A stretch of 58,823 nt of DNA, counting the filler, from Sphacelaria rigidula (lineage: Eukaryota): NCBI GenBank assembly GCA_964200075.2. It is 6 parts of 6 records of this genome, joined end to end, with 100 filler letters (N's around TTAATTAATTAA, not from the genome) between each part and the next. Parts side by side here need not be neighbours in the genome. Positions count along the whole stretch, not along the records: positions 19,643 to 29,363 come from CAXNAA020007897.1; positions 29,464 to 39,183 come from CAXNAA020007898.1; 4 more parts are not named here. One strand, given 5' to 3'. Positions within the stretch are counted from its first letter, which is position 1; each line of letters begins with the position of its first letter. Below the pieces are notes generated by a model, which searched no databases, had not been told where the DNA came from, and worked only from the letters and a program-made list of their open reading frames with translations. Positions 22,983-35,362 of this stretch are shown piece by piece. Position numbers and translations under genes: made by a program.

Positions 22983-25900
22983 GCGATGTATGAAAACACG
23001 ACGAAACAGTTTTGCTCATGGTGCAAAGTGACGAGGAGCAATCAGTCGATATCGTCACCGACCTCGGTAGCACTATTTTTTCCCACTGCTTTTCATCATT
23101 CTACACCACAACTCCAACACACAGGTGCGACGCAAGCCTCAACATGACCAAACGGACGGCTCCTCGCCACTTCGCACCATCAGCAGGGTGACACCCCATC
23201 GATCACATCACGTATGAGAGGGACCAGCAGAAATAGCCAAAGCTTCAGTTGGATGCTTGACGTCGAAATCATGTACGTCTCATCAACTCAAAACGAACAA
23301 AGTCGCGTCATGATTACATCAAACACTGCGGTTGTCTCTAGTGTGGACCCCCCGTGCCCCAGGGTTCATGCTCTGCATTTCATTGAGGGTAGGGTCAGGG
23401 CTAGGGTTAGAGTTGGGTCGCTTGGGTCGGTGATTACGTCATATTTACGTCATTACAGCCTCCTGGTGGTTGGGTGAAGAGTTCTTTAAGGAGCAACGGG
23501 TATGGGTATGTGCAGTCAAAAATGGGAGTACCCCGTGATAACATCATCACTACCATACCTTGGCTAGCGCGTCGAGGCGCACTTTGTCTTCCGGACGCGT
23601 GCCGATGGCCGCCCCGCACCGTAGCTGCTTGTTATCGTCTTTTGTCGCCAGCGGGAAGTCTCGGTTCTTGATCAGGTCCGTACGCGATATCAAAGCTACC
23701 AGCTGATTCGGCACAGAACAAATGAACCGGAAGAGCAACACGAACACGAGACAAAAAAATTCAACAAGAATATTTCATATTCCACAAATTGAACGGCTTG
23801 CTTCATTGATTGCTGCACATCAACTCACATTCAACCTAGTGATCGACGAGGGAATGGAACTGCTGAACCCCTCCCGCGAAAAAAAAAAAGAAGGCAAGCA
23901 CCACAGAAGGAATGCCGAGAACTAAAAACAAACAAAAAAGAAAGACTCCGGTGTTGATCTTCCTCCTGCGTGACCCCGGCTGGTGCGCCCACATATACCG
24001 AAAGGTGTAGACCGGCGTCCAGATTAGAAGGGACAACACATCAACTGATATCCAAGTGAGATCTCAAGCACACCGCCGCGATAGAGAGATTGTCGAGTGC
24101 TGTAACTGCGGAAGAGATAGGACACATTGGCAGACAGTTACGATTCACTAGCTAACATACGAAAATACTCTTACATAAAGTGACTGCAAAAAAAGGAGAA
24201 GCGGCGACAATGAAAAATATTAAAATCAGACACGAAAAAGGAGACGCAACGGTTGGACCATCTTGACCGCAAGAGGCCGTCATTTTGAACTTTTCGCGCT
24301 CACGTGCACGCATGCATGTGTGCACACCCTCGCGATCGCGAACGTTTCCAAAATTGGTATTAATGAACGAGTGCTTCTGCAATGAAGCCCCAAATCCTTT
24401 TTGAAGGAGAAGGACAATGTCAAACGGCGAACAGGACAGAAATTGAAATGCGAAACTGACCCGGGAGTTTCCGTCAACAACGGGCAGCTTTCCCTTCTTG
24501 CTCTCCTTCAGCACCCTATTCGCCTCTTCCAAGGGCACCGGTTCCGTTGCGGTCACCATGTCCTTGGTCATCACCTGCTCAAGCCAACCAAATACAAGAG
24601 GAGAAGTACGGTTAACATCACCACAATGGATTCCACGCGCTTTGCTCCGACCTCACACCAATTCCAATCGCGAGTTCCTACAAAGTACATTATAATCTAC
24701 CCAACCCGACGAGCAGAAGAGTTCATATTGCGATTATAAATATGTAAACAGTAGGGGTAGTGCGGTGAAAACCACTCATAACAAACCCAACCCGTCATTC
24801 TAATATCAAGCAATTGTACTACACCAGCAGTGATTTACCGAATTCCAGCATGGTGCGGTCATGTCGGGTCGGCGACCCATCGCACTATGCAGGGACATCA
24901 CTGTATACGTATAGTCATATATATATATGCATGCCGCACCAACCACAGAGGAGGACACGACAGTGAATAAACAGGCGTTCTAGTACCTCAAATACATACT
25001 AGAAGGGTCTATGTATGCTTGTGTCCACTTGACATTCCATTGACTCGCCACGACACGAGGAGACTCAGTCGCTTCTCGCTGTACTGTACTGCACTGTAAC
25101 GACATGACGTGTTGGTTTAGTGCCATATATGCAAAACGCCCCAAGGTCAATACATTGAAGGGAGTGCTCGCGGGAACATATCCTCATTTTTCAAAGATCC
25201 TAGGTTTCTCGCACATGCTTGTAGCCACGCTACTGTTATTACAAGTGACTTCATCGCCCCGGACTTAACTACAGTGTTGCCAACTGAAAGTGAAACCACA
25301 TACAAACGTTCAAAAGCTCCAAAAACACCAAGATTTTCCGATCACATTTGTTCTTCCAGTATCAGTTGGTTTTAGTATTCGGGGGTCCAGAGCGGTGGGC
25401 CCACGAATAGCTACGTGCAAGTTGAATATCCGTTATCGCAAGCACTCCAATAAGCTGATTCGTTTCCTGTTTGAGAAAATTCCAGCATGCCCGGGAGTGG
25501 ACCTCAACAACCCTTGGTTCCCCCACGCTTACTTTCAGGCGTAAGTGTATTAGGGTATCTACGCCTGTACCATAACCCCAAAATACATCCCTTCCTTGGT
25601 ATTATCTCAATCAACGCACTAAAGTGTTTTCAGGGCACACGAAGCTTCTACTGTTCACTACCCTCGGCCAGGCACTGTCAGAACCAATAGTCACGGACAC
25701 AAGTAACAGCCGTCTATCTAAAACCCCCAAACCAGCCGTGCGTTGCCGGAGGGTTTCGTTGAGGGTAGTAGCCATGCTTGCCACACGCACTCATTCCTTC
25801 GTAAACTACGACTCACAAAAATGGAGTGGCTACGGTATGGCGATAAAAGTGATCGAGCCATGTCTGTAGGATTACACAAGAGCACAAGAGAGACGATTAC

Positions 25901-28259
25901 TTCACGCACCAAAAACAAATAAAGCACATCTAATGAGAGATGACCGACAAAAAGCGAACATAGTAACGGCAACAGTCACACACCTTCATCATTGACCATT
26001 GCGACAAGGTTACAAGGGTACAAGGTTTCAAGCTTGCCACTGCTTCGAAGCGGCGTCGTCCAAACAAATAAGCACTAGAACAGAAAATGATACGCTTTCT
26101 GTCATCTCAAGTTGAACAACAAAGTCGCGGCTGTACGGATACTGCACTACAATCTATTTCGACCGTCATCCCGCAGCGGTACGGGCCTTGTGGAAAGTCC
26201 CCAACATCATTTTTCCGCGCTTTCATGTTTCCGAGGAGTCTGTACAGCACATTACACGAACACCCACCGCTTCCAGCTTGATACTAGGGTCCGCGATGAA
26301 GTCGATGTCTCTTCGTGTGACGATGCCAAGCAACTTGGAACCGATTTTCCCGTCCTCTGTTATGGGCACTCCGCTGAACATCTTACTCCCCTGGATTTCC
26401 CGCATATCTTGCACCTGTATGAGCGACGGAATAGGAAACAGCGCACCCGCAGTTGGTTGACTCCCGCCGACCGCGAAGGGGAGTTTTACAAGTATAATAT
26501 GCAGTGTACTTCTTCAAAGCAAGACAACACAACAAATGACAAAATGGAGTACATATAGATATAGTGGGCACCCGCGAAAAACTCTTGATCGTACGGAAAC
26601 ACAAAGCTTCCGCCCCATACATTCACTAGTACAAGAAAGATCGTTTTGAGTATCATCAGTCCGCGCCCACCGCGCTCGCCATATGGCCACGCATGCTCCG
26701 GTCATTCGAGAATTCATATTGAATGACAGAACAGGAAGGATAAATGAGTAACTTTTCTTCAAAGTGACCTTGCGTCCCATGATCCAGGGAAATGGATTTG
26801 AAAATAAAATTTTCAGAAAGCCGAGCGTCCGATTCCTGCAATCACAGCGCTTCTTTTCAACTTGAGAAACAGTTGCGGTGCCCCACATATTTACCCGCGT
26901 TTCAAAGACACGGCAGTACCCTGGAGAAGTGTTACACCGTACGTCGTACCAACTCTTCAAGTTCTTTAGGTGCGACATGCTGAGCAACCTAAACTGTGAT
27001 CCACAACAGCTTCATAAGACACTGACCAATTGAGTAAGGTACCTCAAGTTGTTCTGAGCAGGTTGAATTATTCCAAACACGGTAGAATCGTAGGACCAAT
27101 TGATATGTTACGGCACCCACCGTTTGCACCCCCCATGCCCGAGGTTTCTCTCTCGCCTTGGCCGGGGTTTGGGTTTGGGTCGGCGATAGGGTTGGCGGCG
27201 CCTCATTCAAGGTACCTACCATAGCTTCCGACAATTTGGTTAACAGCTCTCGTACGACCATAGATACTGTCGGTGAGGTGTGTGGATGTGGGTGCGTGTT
27301 TGGCTTGGACCGGAGGTTGAAGGAAAATTTCCATCTAACCACAACTCCGAATGGAGATATATCGCCGTGAAGGACAATCTGCTTTCGCAGCCGCATGCAA
27401 CCAAATCAATATTCAACACTGCAGTCAACTTTTTCCATTGTGACTAACGTGGACGAACAACCGGGCTGTTGCCGCACCACGCGATAACACACACGAGGCG
27501 AAAGCGGGCACCCGAGGCAGACTGTCACCAAGGTAGTACTACATTCTTGAAGCTTCTACAATCTTCGGAACCTTCGGAACATCGGGTCGTCAGTCGTGAA
27601 ACCAATGGCATGAGACATCAAGTTGGAGTGGAGTTTTGTCGTCCCAAGCGCACGTCATTTGACATTAGCGATACGCCTTCAAAGATGGCAGGCAACATCA
27701 CCAGCAATTCCTCATGTCATCTTGTGTGCGCGCTTTGTGCGTCATCCTCCATGTGTCAGGTTGCACAGAAAAAAAACAGTTACTGAAACGCAGAGACGTT
27801 ACGAATTAGACCCCACGAGATCACGGACCGAAGCATGACTTCAAAACGCCACCATGCCAATCTTCACGCCGAATGACGCGTATACTCGAAGACTAAACTA
27901 ATACATTCGCCTGTTTGGCAGGTGACCATTTTCCGTGAGCTCATGGGGCACATTTTGAGAAAGCTATAGTGCACAACACACTCGCGGCAACTTCACTTTT
28001 CGAGATAGCGAGATATAATATCTTCAAAATAGAGTACCTGTTTTTTTGTTGCACTAGGAGCACCTCTCACCTCTCAGCTACAGGAGGTTCAGTAGGAACA
28101 CTGGAAACTTACACTTTCCGGGGACATATACGTACTGTGTTGCCAACATACAACGCGTAACATACGAACATACCGTGTGATCCTTTGTGAGACAGATGGG
28201 GTCCGTGATGAAGCCATTCTTGTATCGCTTGACTTCTCGTACGTTGGCCGCTTGCTCCT
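22577..28259 (-). CDS. IMPDH: Inosine-5'-monophosphate dehydrogenase, partial (internal exons)
   Basis: In-phase GT-AG exons 28174-28259 ([21 protein letters not shown]), 26268-26414 and 24461-24574 (CBS domains, SKKGKLPVV), 23559-23702 ([29 protein letters not shown]) and 22577-22786 ([14 protein letters not shown], catalytic [15 protein letters not shown]). Confidence 0.96.
22935..22979. repeat. (CA)n microsatellite
   Basis: Direct dinucleotide run in an IMPDH intron. Confidence 0.95.
23836..24045 (+). mobile_element. 5'-truncated SINE (family S2)
   Basis: Shares ACTGCTGAACCCC...GGTGCGCCCACATATACCGAAAGGTGTAGAC..GCGTCCAGA..AGA.GGGAC with the full copy at 57205-57547. Confidence 0.8.
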
Positions 28260-28752
28260 CTGCAAAAATATAAAGCAACACATACGCATCAAAGAGAGGA
28301 GATTTTATATCATCAGCCGGGGTGATAAATTATCATTTTCATCGCCACACGTCCTGTTCTTCAGATCCGGGTCCAGATACCTGTCCGACGATGAAAATCC
28401 CTCGGCGAGAACACACCAGATAAACATCGCCCTTTTTGGCATAGCATATCTATGCATATCGTAATGAAGTATGACTCGTCAAAGGGGACCGCCAGCTGCT
28501 CCGACTGCCAAGATTCGGGTATTCGAATCAAGTCAAATGAAAAGCGAGACTCAAAATATCCATATGGCTCGACTTTAACGAACAGTATAATGCCATCAAG
28601 GGGTTAAGCAAGCGAGAGGACCGTGCTATTCTAATTTCCTGAGAATCCTGCGTACGACGCACACGTGGTTGGATGCGTGTGGCCTGGACGTCAAAGCTTG
28701 GCACCAGGTGCTTGCAAAGTATGTGATGACGCAAGGAGAAATGCCGCGGTAG

Positions 28753-28902
28753 TCCCCCCCAAACCAGCCCCAAACTTGTCACGAAGAAATGGCCATGCAG
28801 CACATGATAGCTTGTTTCAGACTGCATGAGGCGCCTCAAATAGTCAACATTAGCGAAAAGTAACCCAAGCGTCAGACTTTCCAGCTGCTCGCTGTGCTTG
28901 GC
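28753..28902. mobile_element. MITE family A, partial copy
   Basis: GTCACGAAGAAATGGCCAT...CTGCATGAGGCG...AGCTGCTCGCTGTGCT matches 53540-53680. Confidence 0.7.
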
Positions 28903-29045
28903 TATTGGAGGGCTACCGGGGAATGAATCGAACGATGCCTTCAGCATTTTCCCGATCTAGTATGGCACCTTCTCAACCAGGACAATTCCGCGCAGTAAAG
29001 CAAGGGGTGTAAAAGACATGCTACAACAAGGGGGCCCGTAGTGAC

Positions 29046-29306
29046 AATTCCCAGCAGCCATGTCCCCAAAACCTCCTCACCAAGAAAAAACGGGAGGAGG
29101 GGGGCGGGGTAAGCTACTCATGATACTGTGTTTTCCTCCATTATATTGTACTTATACTAACTTATGATCGGGAGGGGAATTCCCAGCAGTCATTTCCCCA
29201 AAACCTCATCAAGAAAAAACGGGAGGAGGGGGAGGGGTAAGCTACGCATGAAACTGTGTTTTTCTCCATCATATTGTACTTGTACAAACTTATTATCGAA
29301 AGGGGA
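29046..29306. repeat. Tandem duplication, about 130 bp x 2
   Basis: AATTCCCAGCAG...CCCCAAAACCTC...AAGAAAAAACGGGAGGAGGGGG...GTAAGCTAC...ATTGTACTT occurs twice in tandem. Confidence 0.9.
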
Positions 29307-29363
29307 GTGAAAATGCCCCTTGGCGCTGCCTGATCTATGAGACTTCAGCCTTTGACTTGGAAA

Positions 29364-29463
29364 NNNNNNNNNNNNNNNNNNNNNNNNNNNNNNNNNNNNN
29401 NNNNNNNTTAATTAATTAANNNNNNNNNNNNNNNNNNNNNNNNNNNNNNNNNNNNNNNNNNNN
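29364..29463. other. Artificial contig spacer
   Basis: N44-TTAATTAATTAA-N44. Confidence 0.98.
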
Positions 29464-30024
29464 ATGCAAACTCCATCCAACTCATTCTCAGCTGCAACCG
29501 CAACCCTGCAGCATAGAGCACGAGTTGAGCACAGGAATAGATACACGACAGTAGTTGGGTAGTGCTTTGTTTATTTTTTGTTGGCGAAAACTTGCGCATC
29601 TTCCCTCCTGGTGGTCATCAGGGACGGAACTGCGTGCGGTACGGTGGGCAACCGAGTTGCGTGCACGCTCATTGACAATGCAGGCAGCACAAAGCAGCAC
29701 GTTGCTGAAGTTATTTTCAACTCGCATTTTAAGCAGAGAGAACTGATAGTCATGGGCTGTCTGCACGGCACACTGTCCGCTTCCCCTTTATCTTCTGCAC
29801 GAAGCACGCACACACGCACTCAGGACACCCTACTTGCAAGCAGTGCAAAAAGTACAGACCATGTACCGTTTCACGAATTTCTCTTGTCTTTTTTCGATCG
29901 AAAGCTTGAAAATCCATCCGTACCCAACTGGATCAAAACGAGAATTTTTCGCTCGCATCGATTCCACCGCCTCATTTTTTCGATCGAAAAGAAAGGTGCT
30001 AAGACGGGCCCTTAGCACATGAGT

Positions 30025-30141
30025 GAGAGGTGGAAAACAAAAATCCCGGTCTCATCAATCGTGATTTCAACCATCTTCAAAATTTTCGACGGTGGTTGAA
30101 ATTACGACCTATCAGATGAGGATTTTTGTTTTTCACCGCAC
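30025..30141. repeat. Palindromic hairpin / small MITE
   Basis: GGTGGAAAACAAAAATCC..TCGTGATTTCAACCATC pairs with GGTGGTTGAAATTACGA..GGATTTTTGTTTTTCACC. Sits within a TTTTCGATCGAAA motif region (29890-30160). Confidence 0.75.
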
Positions 30142-30673
30142 ATTTTCGATCGAAAAATAATGTGCCAAGACAGGGCCTTAGTAGATTATCGTGCGGCGGA
30201 AATAGAAGAATTCCGATCTCATGGGGTCGCCATTCACGTCTACGTCATCTATGTTGAAATGAAGACCGACGGATCGGATTTGTTCTTTCCCACAGCTCTA
30301 TTTATTAGAGACAGACAGTACAGAAAGACAGTAGACAGTACAGAAAGACAGTAGGGTTTTTTGTTTTTTCTCGATTCAAAACTTTGACCGCCGGAGATGC
30401 CCTCTTGTCGAATTCGCAGAGTTTTCAGTCCTTCGTCAAGCGAAAATGATCTACGGTGAACACCCCCGACGGTCAAAGGGTTAAGGCGAGGGTTAGGCCC
30501 GCGAGACTTCGGCCTTGGAGACCGCGAAAGTGCACCGAGAAAGACGAGCTATGGAAGACATGGACGCACAAAATGGAAGTTTCTTCCGGGCTGGGAAACC
30601 GCGACACCTCTACCAAACAATCTTGACCGGAAATCAAAACCACGCACCATTGGATGCAGAAGGAGTCACACAC

Positions 30674-31199
30674 CTAGCTGCCACAAATCCGTTATCCTCC
30701 CTCTAGACGAGCACCACACTTTGCTAGTTCGATCGAGAAGCGGGTAACGAACACATACAGAGGCCAGGTACGAATCCAGGGAAATAGAGGCAACTTCTGC
30801 GTGGTGTGCTTCAACTGTTACAGAACATGCGGCTTCTCCTGCAGAAGCCACCATGGCACTCAACAAACTTGCTGAGGTGATGGAAAATAGCAAAGTAGGG
30901 AGGAAATGGGCATCGAGCACGTTCCTCTGGAAACAAAGCTCTCTGCACTCAACTGCAGCATCTGTCTCACACCTCCTGTATGGATAGCGCTTGCAGCGTC
31001 AACCCCTACCCGAGCCGTGATATGGGTATGTCCGCACCTCTTTGCTTTTCGAAGCTTTACCCTTGTTCTTCTTGGCGACGCGCACTCTTCCTGTAGAGTC
31101 ATTCCCGGCTATCGCCGACAACTCTGCCACCGACTCATTTCCCTCACGATCTGTGCTCGATGCACCCCCCTGCTCTTCTATCTTACGCTTAGGTTTCAT
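30674..31199 (-). CDS. Possible 5' exons of an unknown gene
   Basis: ATG-initiated charged ORF MKPKRKIEEQGGASSTDRE... plus a candidate second exon ~30674-30871 ending at G|gtgtgt. Splice phase is ambiguous. Confidence 0.3.
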
Positions 31200-31681
31200 T
31201 CTGAATGGTACAGGAGCGTGTGCAGTGCGTGTCTCCACATCTTTTTCGTTTACTCTTCACGGGTCCGAGAAGTAGAGCAAATGTGAAGATATTAATAATG
31301 ACACAGAAAACGCGGACAATGCGCGGGACAGCAGTCCCAATATGACGGTGCATAACGCCCCCTCGGATACGTGCACCCTCAGTTTACTCAGGAAACGACA
31401 TCCTGAGTGCCACAAGATCGTATTTTTTTATAAAACTCTGGTGGTTTATACTCGATTATATAACTGACGGTGGCATTGAGCAGTCGAACTCCTGGAGAAA
31501 CCCTAGATCTGAAGGATAATAACTTTTTATATTGTCCAGCGCAGGGGTGTTATACTCCGTGCTGTGCCGCGCGGTACTAATCGGGTGGCACAATATCCAT
31601 TTTCAATTCTGTCACGTAGTACGAACGAGCCTTATCCTGTACTGTATACTACTCTGTTCAGTAAGACCGCAACAGCAGCAC

Positions 31682-32242
31682 ATGAAGCCTAGACCTAAGG
31701 AACATCGTCCACGAAACTGCGGCGGCTCTGCTACAACAAGCGCAGTCAGAATAATGTCCAAGATGATCAGCGGTGGCCGTGCGGCGGCTGTCCTCGCTGC
31801 GTGCCGCTCTCTCCACCCGCACACCACTTGTCACGGCGCGCGCCTGGTGCAGCGCCCCGCGGTGACAAGCAATGCTTTTCTTCGACTGCACAGAGCCATC
31901 AGGAGCAGTGCAGATCCGCGACTACAGCAGAGGCAGACGCAGCGGCAGCATCAGTGGCCTCGTGCTGACAGGATGGGCTTCGTGTCTTCGTGTTATTCAA
32001 CGTCTGCCAAGACAACCAACCGGCATGGTGGTATTGGGAGTGCTTGGATGGGAATAGGTGTCGGTACTCGTGCCAGGCAGCATGAAAGGTTGCCGAGAAA
32101 GAGGCCCGGGGTGGGTGGCAGGGAGTGGGGCATGGTATCTGAGGAAGCTCGATTTTTTACGGACCCGGATGCGCCCCCGCCTACGGAAGGTGGGGTGGGT
32201 CCTCCAGGGCCTATCGTCAGTGGCTCAGAAGGAAATGACAAG
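31682..32242 (+). CDS. First exon of an unknown gene with an Arg/Ala/Ser-rich transit-peptide-like N terminus
   Basis: GC-rich open frame MKPRPKEHR...MSKMISGGRAAAVLAACRSL...ARFFTDPDAPPP...GNDK ending at donor AAG|gtagga. Downstream exons not identified. Confidence 0.55.
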
Positions 32243-34814
32243 GTAGGAGCTGGGTGTTGCATCGGCAGTTCGACGTTTATTCATTGATCAGCCCTCTTTT
32301 TTCTTGTGCTGTCGTGAAGGAGCATTCTTCGCACAGCTGGTCCATGTCCGTGCAGCTGACCTTAAGTTGACACCGTACGGCGAAACGGTTGGAATGGGTT
32401 ACATTTTGAAACGGCGGGTATGTTTTGACATGGGGTTGACGCATGAACCATTCTCACCGTTTCATATTGCTTCATAGATGCATACCGCTGGATTTGCTGA
32501 ACCGTTGACTGTTGCGCCGCGCGTGACGGTGAGTAACACCCCTCCTTCCCTCTCGATCACCACTACCGGTAACTGCGCAATCACAATTTCACCCATATGT
32601 TATCCTGCATGCACCCACAAACGCCGTGCGCGCAAGCTGTAAATGCTTGGAAATCCTGTGACGTTGTAGTCGCCAAGCGTCTCAGCAGCTGCATGCTATT
32701 GCTCTGAATTTTTAGTGTTGCACCCCGGCAGTCATTATTTCTTATGCACCCCCCCCCGACCCGCCCCCCCCTCCGAAACCGAAGTGCGGTCGAGTCCATA
32801 GGCTGCAAGAGCAACTTGAGCAGCTTACCATGTCGCTGTTGAGATCCAGATGCAGAGAAACTTTACCCAATTTCTCGCACAAGATTATATACCACAGCCC
32901 ACAACGTTTGATGGATACATCGCCGAAGCAGCCGCAGCATGAGCACCGTGTGCACACTGAAGAAATCGATTTTGCATTCTGGCCGTCCGGTACGCTATTA
33001 GATCTCACCCTGCATTTGTGCGTGTGCAGTGCCACAGTAAACTCGAGTAGTACCCGTCGCAAGGGGTAGTTCGCGCATGATTGTGCCTTTGGCGACACGA
33101 GGGGTCACGCGTAACTTGTAGAAACGTGTTCTGTCTTCCGGTCGACCGCCGAAAAACTGAGGAGGATGGATCGCCTCAAGACTTGGGAACGTGATAGCTG
33201 GGCATAAAGGCCAGAGCTAATATAGCAATCGGAACTGCCTCTAAACTACGCAATTTTGGGGGTATATGTATCTTTAACTGTGCAAAAGAATGGTTGACTG
33301 ATCAAATGGTTGATTGCTTGCCGCACTTTTACTGATCCCCCAGGAAGTCATGATCTAGCCGTTGTCATTATCCACATGATGAACTTACCCGAGATGAAAA
33401 CAAAACGGAAACATTCGCTGAAAACAAAATGAAGAAAACGCAAAGGTAAACCGACAGACAGGGTAAACTCGGAAAAGAAAAGAGAAGGAAAGGAACGGAA
33501 AAACAAACAACAAAGACAAGGGAAAAAAAAGAAGGAAAGCTAGAAATGGCCGGCCTCTGCCGCATGGCTTCAGTGGGAAAGATCTTGCGCAGAAACCACA
33601 CTCACACCCAATCGTATAAACAAAAAAGAAGCCGTGGTATCAGATGACCGGCTCATGTCTTTGAACCTCGCTACTTCGTGTATGAAGCTCTCATCCATGA
33701 ACCCTACGGAGGCGAGGAAAGAAGCTGCTTCTTGTGTACCACGGGAGGAAAGAGCACACACAGGGAGAGATGAGGGAAGAGAGGGATAACAGAGAAGGAG
33801 ACCACAGAAGCGATGAAGCCCGAAGGATACAGAAAAGTAGAGCAGGTATAAATGCACGCTAGGGAGCACCGCAGAACCACCGACCAAGGCAGCATCAACA
33901 ACCGACAGGCAAAGATAGGGGTGCACCAGCACACGTGTAAGCGCATTTTCCCGCGTTCATCCCTAGTCGGGTACAAAGTAAGCTATTCACGCGGGTATTT
34001 CTATATTGGATCCCGCGCGGGCCGTTCCTGTTTTTGTGCTAGCGAGGGCAGCTCTCCAGCTGGCGGCTCGCGACGCGGCAGCCTCTCGATTGTGGCGGCG
34101 GTCTGATTCTCGTTTGCCTTCGCGTCGCCACGTATGACGACTTGAAAAAATGGGCTAAGAGCTCACTGAAGGCAAGATCGTGAGCAAAGCACTTTTTAAT
34201 GCCGCGCGTTAGCTCCGAGGGCTTTGTGTGAGGCCCGTGGTGTTGTCACTTTGGAGAGAATTGCTTTTGAATCGCTTCGGTTACATTGTCTGGCACTCGC
34301 ATCGCGCGGGGCTGCCTTTTTTTGTCATCTTTACAATCGGCGATACAACTGCTACAAGATAACTAACACAGACAGTGCGGCCGGCCAGCGTGTTGGATGT
34401 TGTCGGGATGCGAATACAGCCAGCTGTCTTCCCGATAGGCGAAAGTATGTTGTAGAGCCGGCGCAACTCGAAATTGTTTCGAGCTCGCTTTCGTCGCCTT
34501 CGTTGCACTTCGTCTATTATTAGGCAAAAAAATCAGGACAGAAATGTCCAGATCCGCGTTCAAGTACGGGAGGTTTCCAAAAAGTGTGGATTATATTTAT
34601 ATTTCATACTCTGCAATTAAGAAATGATTGATTCTGGGATCATGCGTGCCGGAGTAGTCCAAGGAACATATGTACAAATTTTGGTCGAGAAACTCGAGAA
34701 CCTCATACAGTTCATCTCGCCTCAACGTAAAATTCAACGAAAAAAGACGTTTTCCCACCAGAACCAAGTAGTTGGGAGTTTTGCACGTTTCATGCTGACG
34801 TCATTGCACAAACG

Positions 34815-35095
34815 TGCAAAACCTTACACCTTCGTTAGGAGTTAGACCTGGAAACTGTGCACAATTTTGCTATGGTTCATTACGCAACTTTCGATGGACA
34901 AGCTTGTTGTGCTTTTTGGCGATTTTTCACCGTTTCTCGGGGGTCCGACGGCATCCAAGTTTCCTCGAAAACCCTAGGGCCCTCGAAAGAAGGTAAAGCA
35001 AAAAAAAATCGACCTTCGAAAGTTGCGCAATGACCCATGGCAAAAATTGTGCAAAATTTCAGGGTCCAACTCCTAAAAATGGCGTGACGTTTTGT
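34815..35095. mobile_element. MITE with ~80-bp imperfect TIRs
   Basis: TTAGGAGTTAGACCTGGAAA..TGCACAATTTTGCTATGG..CGCAACTTTCGA pairs with TCGAAAGTTGCG..CCATGGCAAAAATTGTGCA..GGGTCCAACTCCTAA. Confidence 0.78.
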
Positions 35096-35116
35096 CCATG
35101 AGTGTTTTTAGGTTGG

Positions 35117-35362
35117 ACTGCTGCCGAGATAGCCCCCCCCCCGAACCGGCCAAAATAGTGCACGGAGAAGATGACTACAAATGCCGTTAGAGCTGGTTTC
35201 GTGCTGCACGACGCGACTCATTTGGGCGTTATAGCTGATATCGGACTGCTACACGCCTCTCGTGCGGGCGAAATTGCTGCAAACGAGCCAAATAGTGGAA
35301 TCGCAGCCGTTTTGTTGGACGGTCTCCGGTGCACTTTTTGTGGGGGGCTATCTCGGCAGCCC
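35117..35362. mobile_element. MITE with ~20-bp TIRs
   Basis: GCTGCCGAGATAGCCCCCC ... GGGGGGCTATCTCGGCAGC. Confidence 0.72.

Noticed and set aside
652-28259. Functional cluster of BRF1, tRNA methyltransferase and IMPDH
   Set aside because: The genes lie on separate, artificially joined contigs.
33604-33702. Minus-strand exon GFMDESFIHEVARFKDMSR
   Set aside because: It has AG/GT borders, but no partner exons or recognisable homology, and lies in purine-skewed repeat-like DNA.
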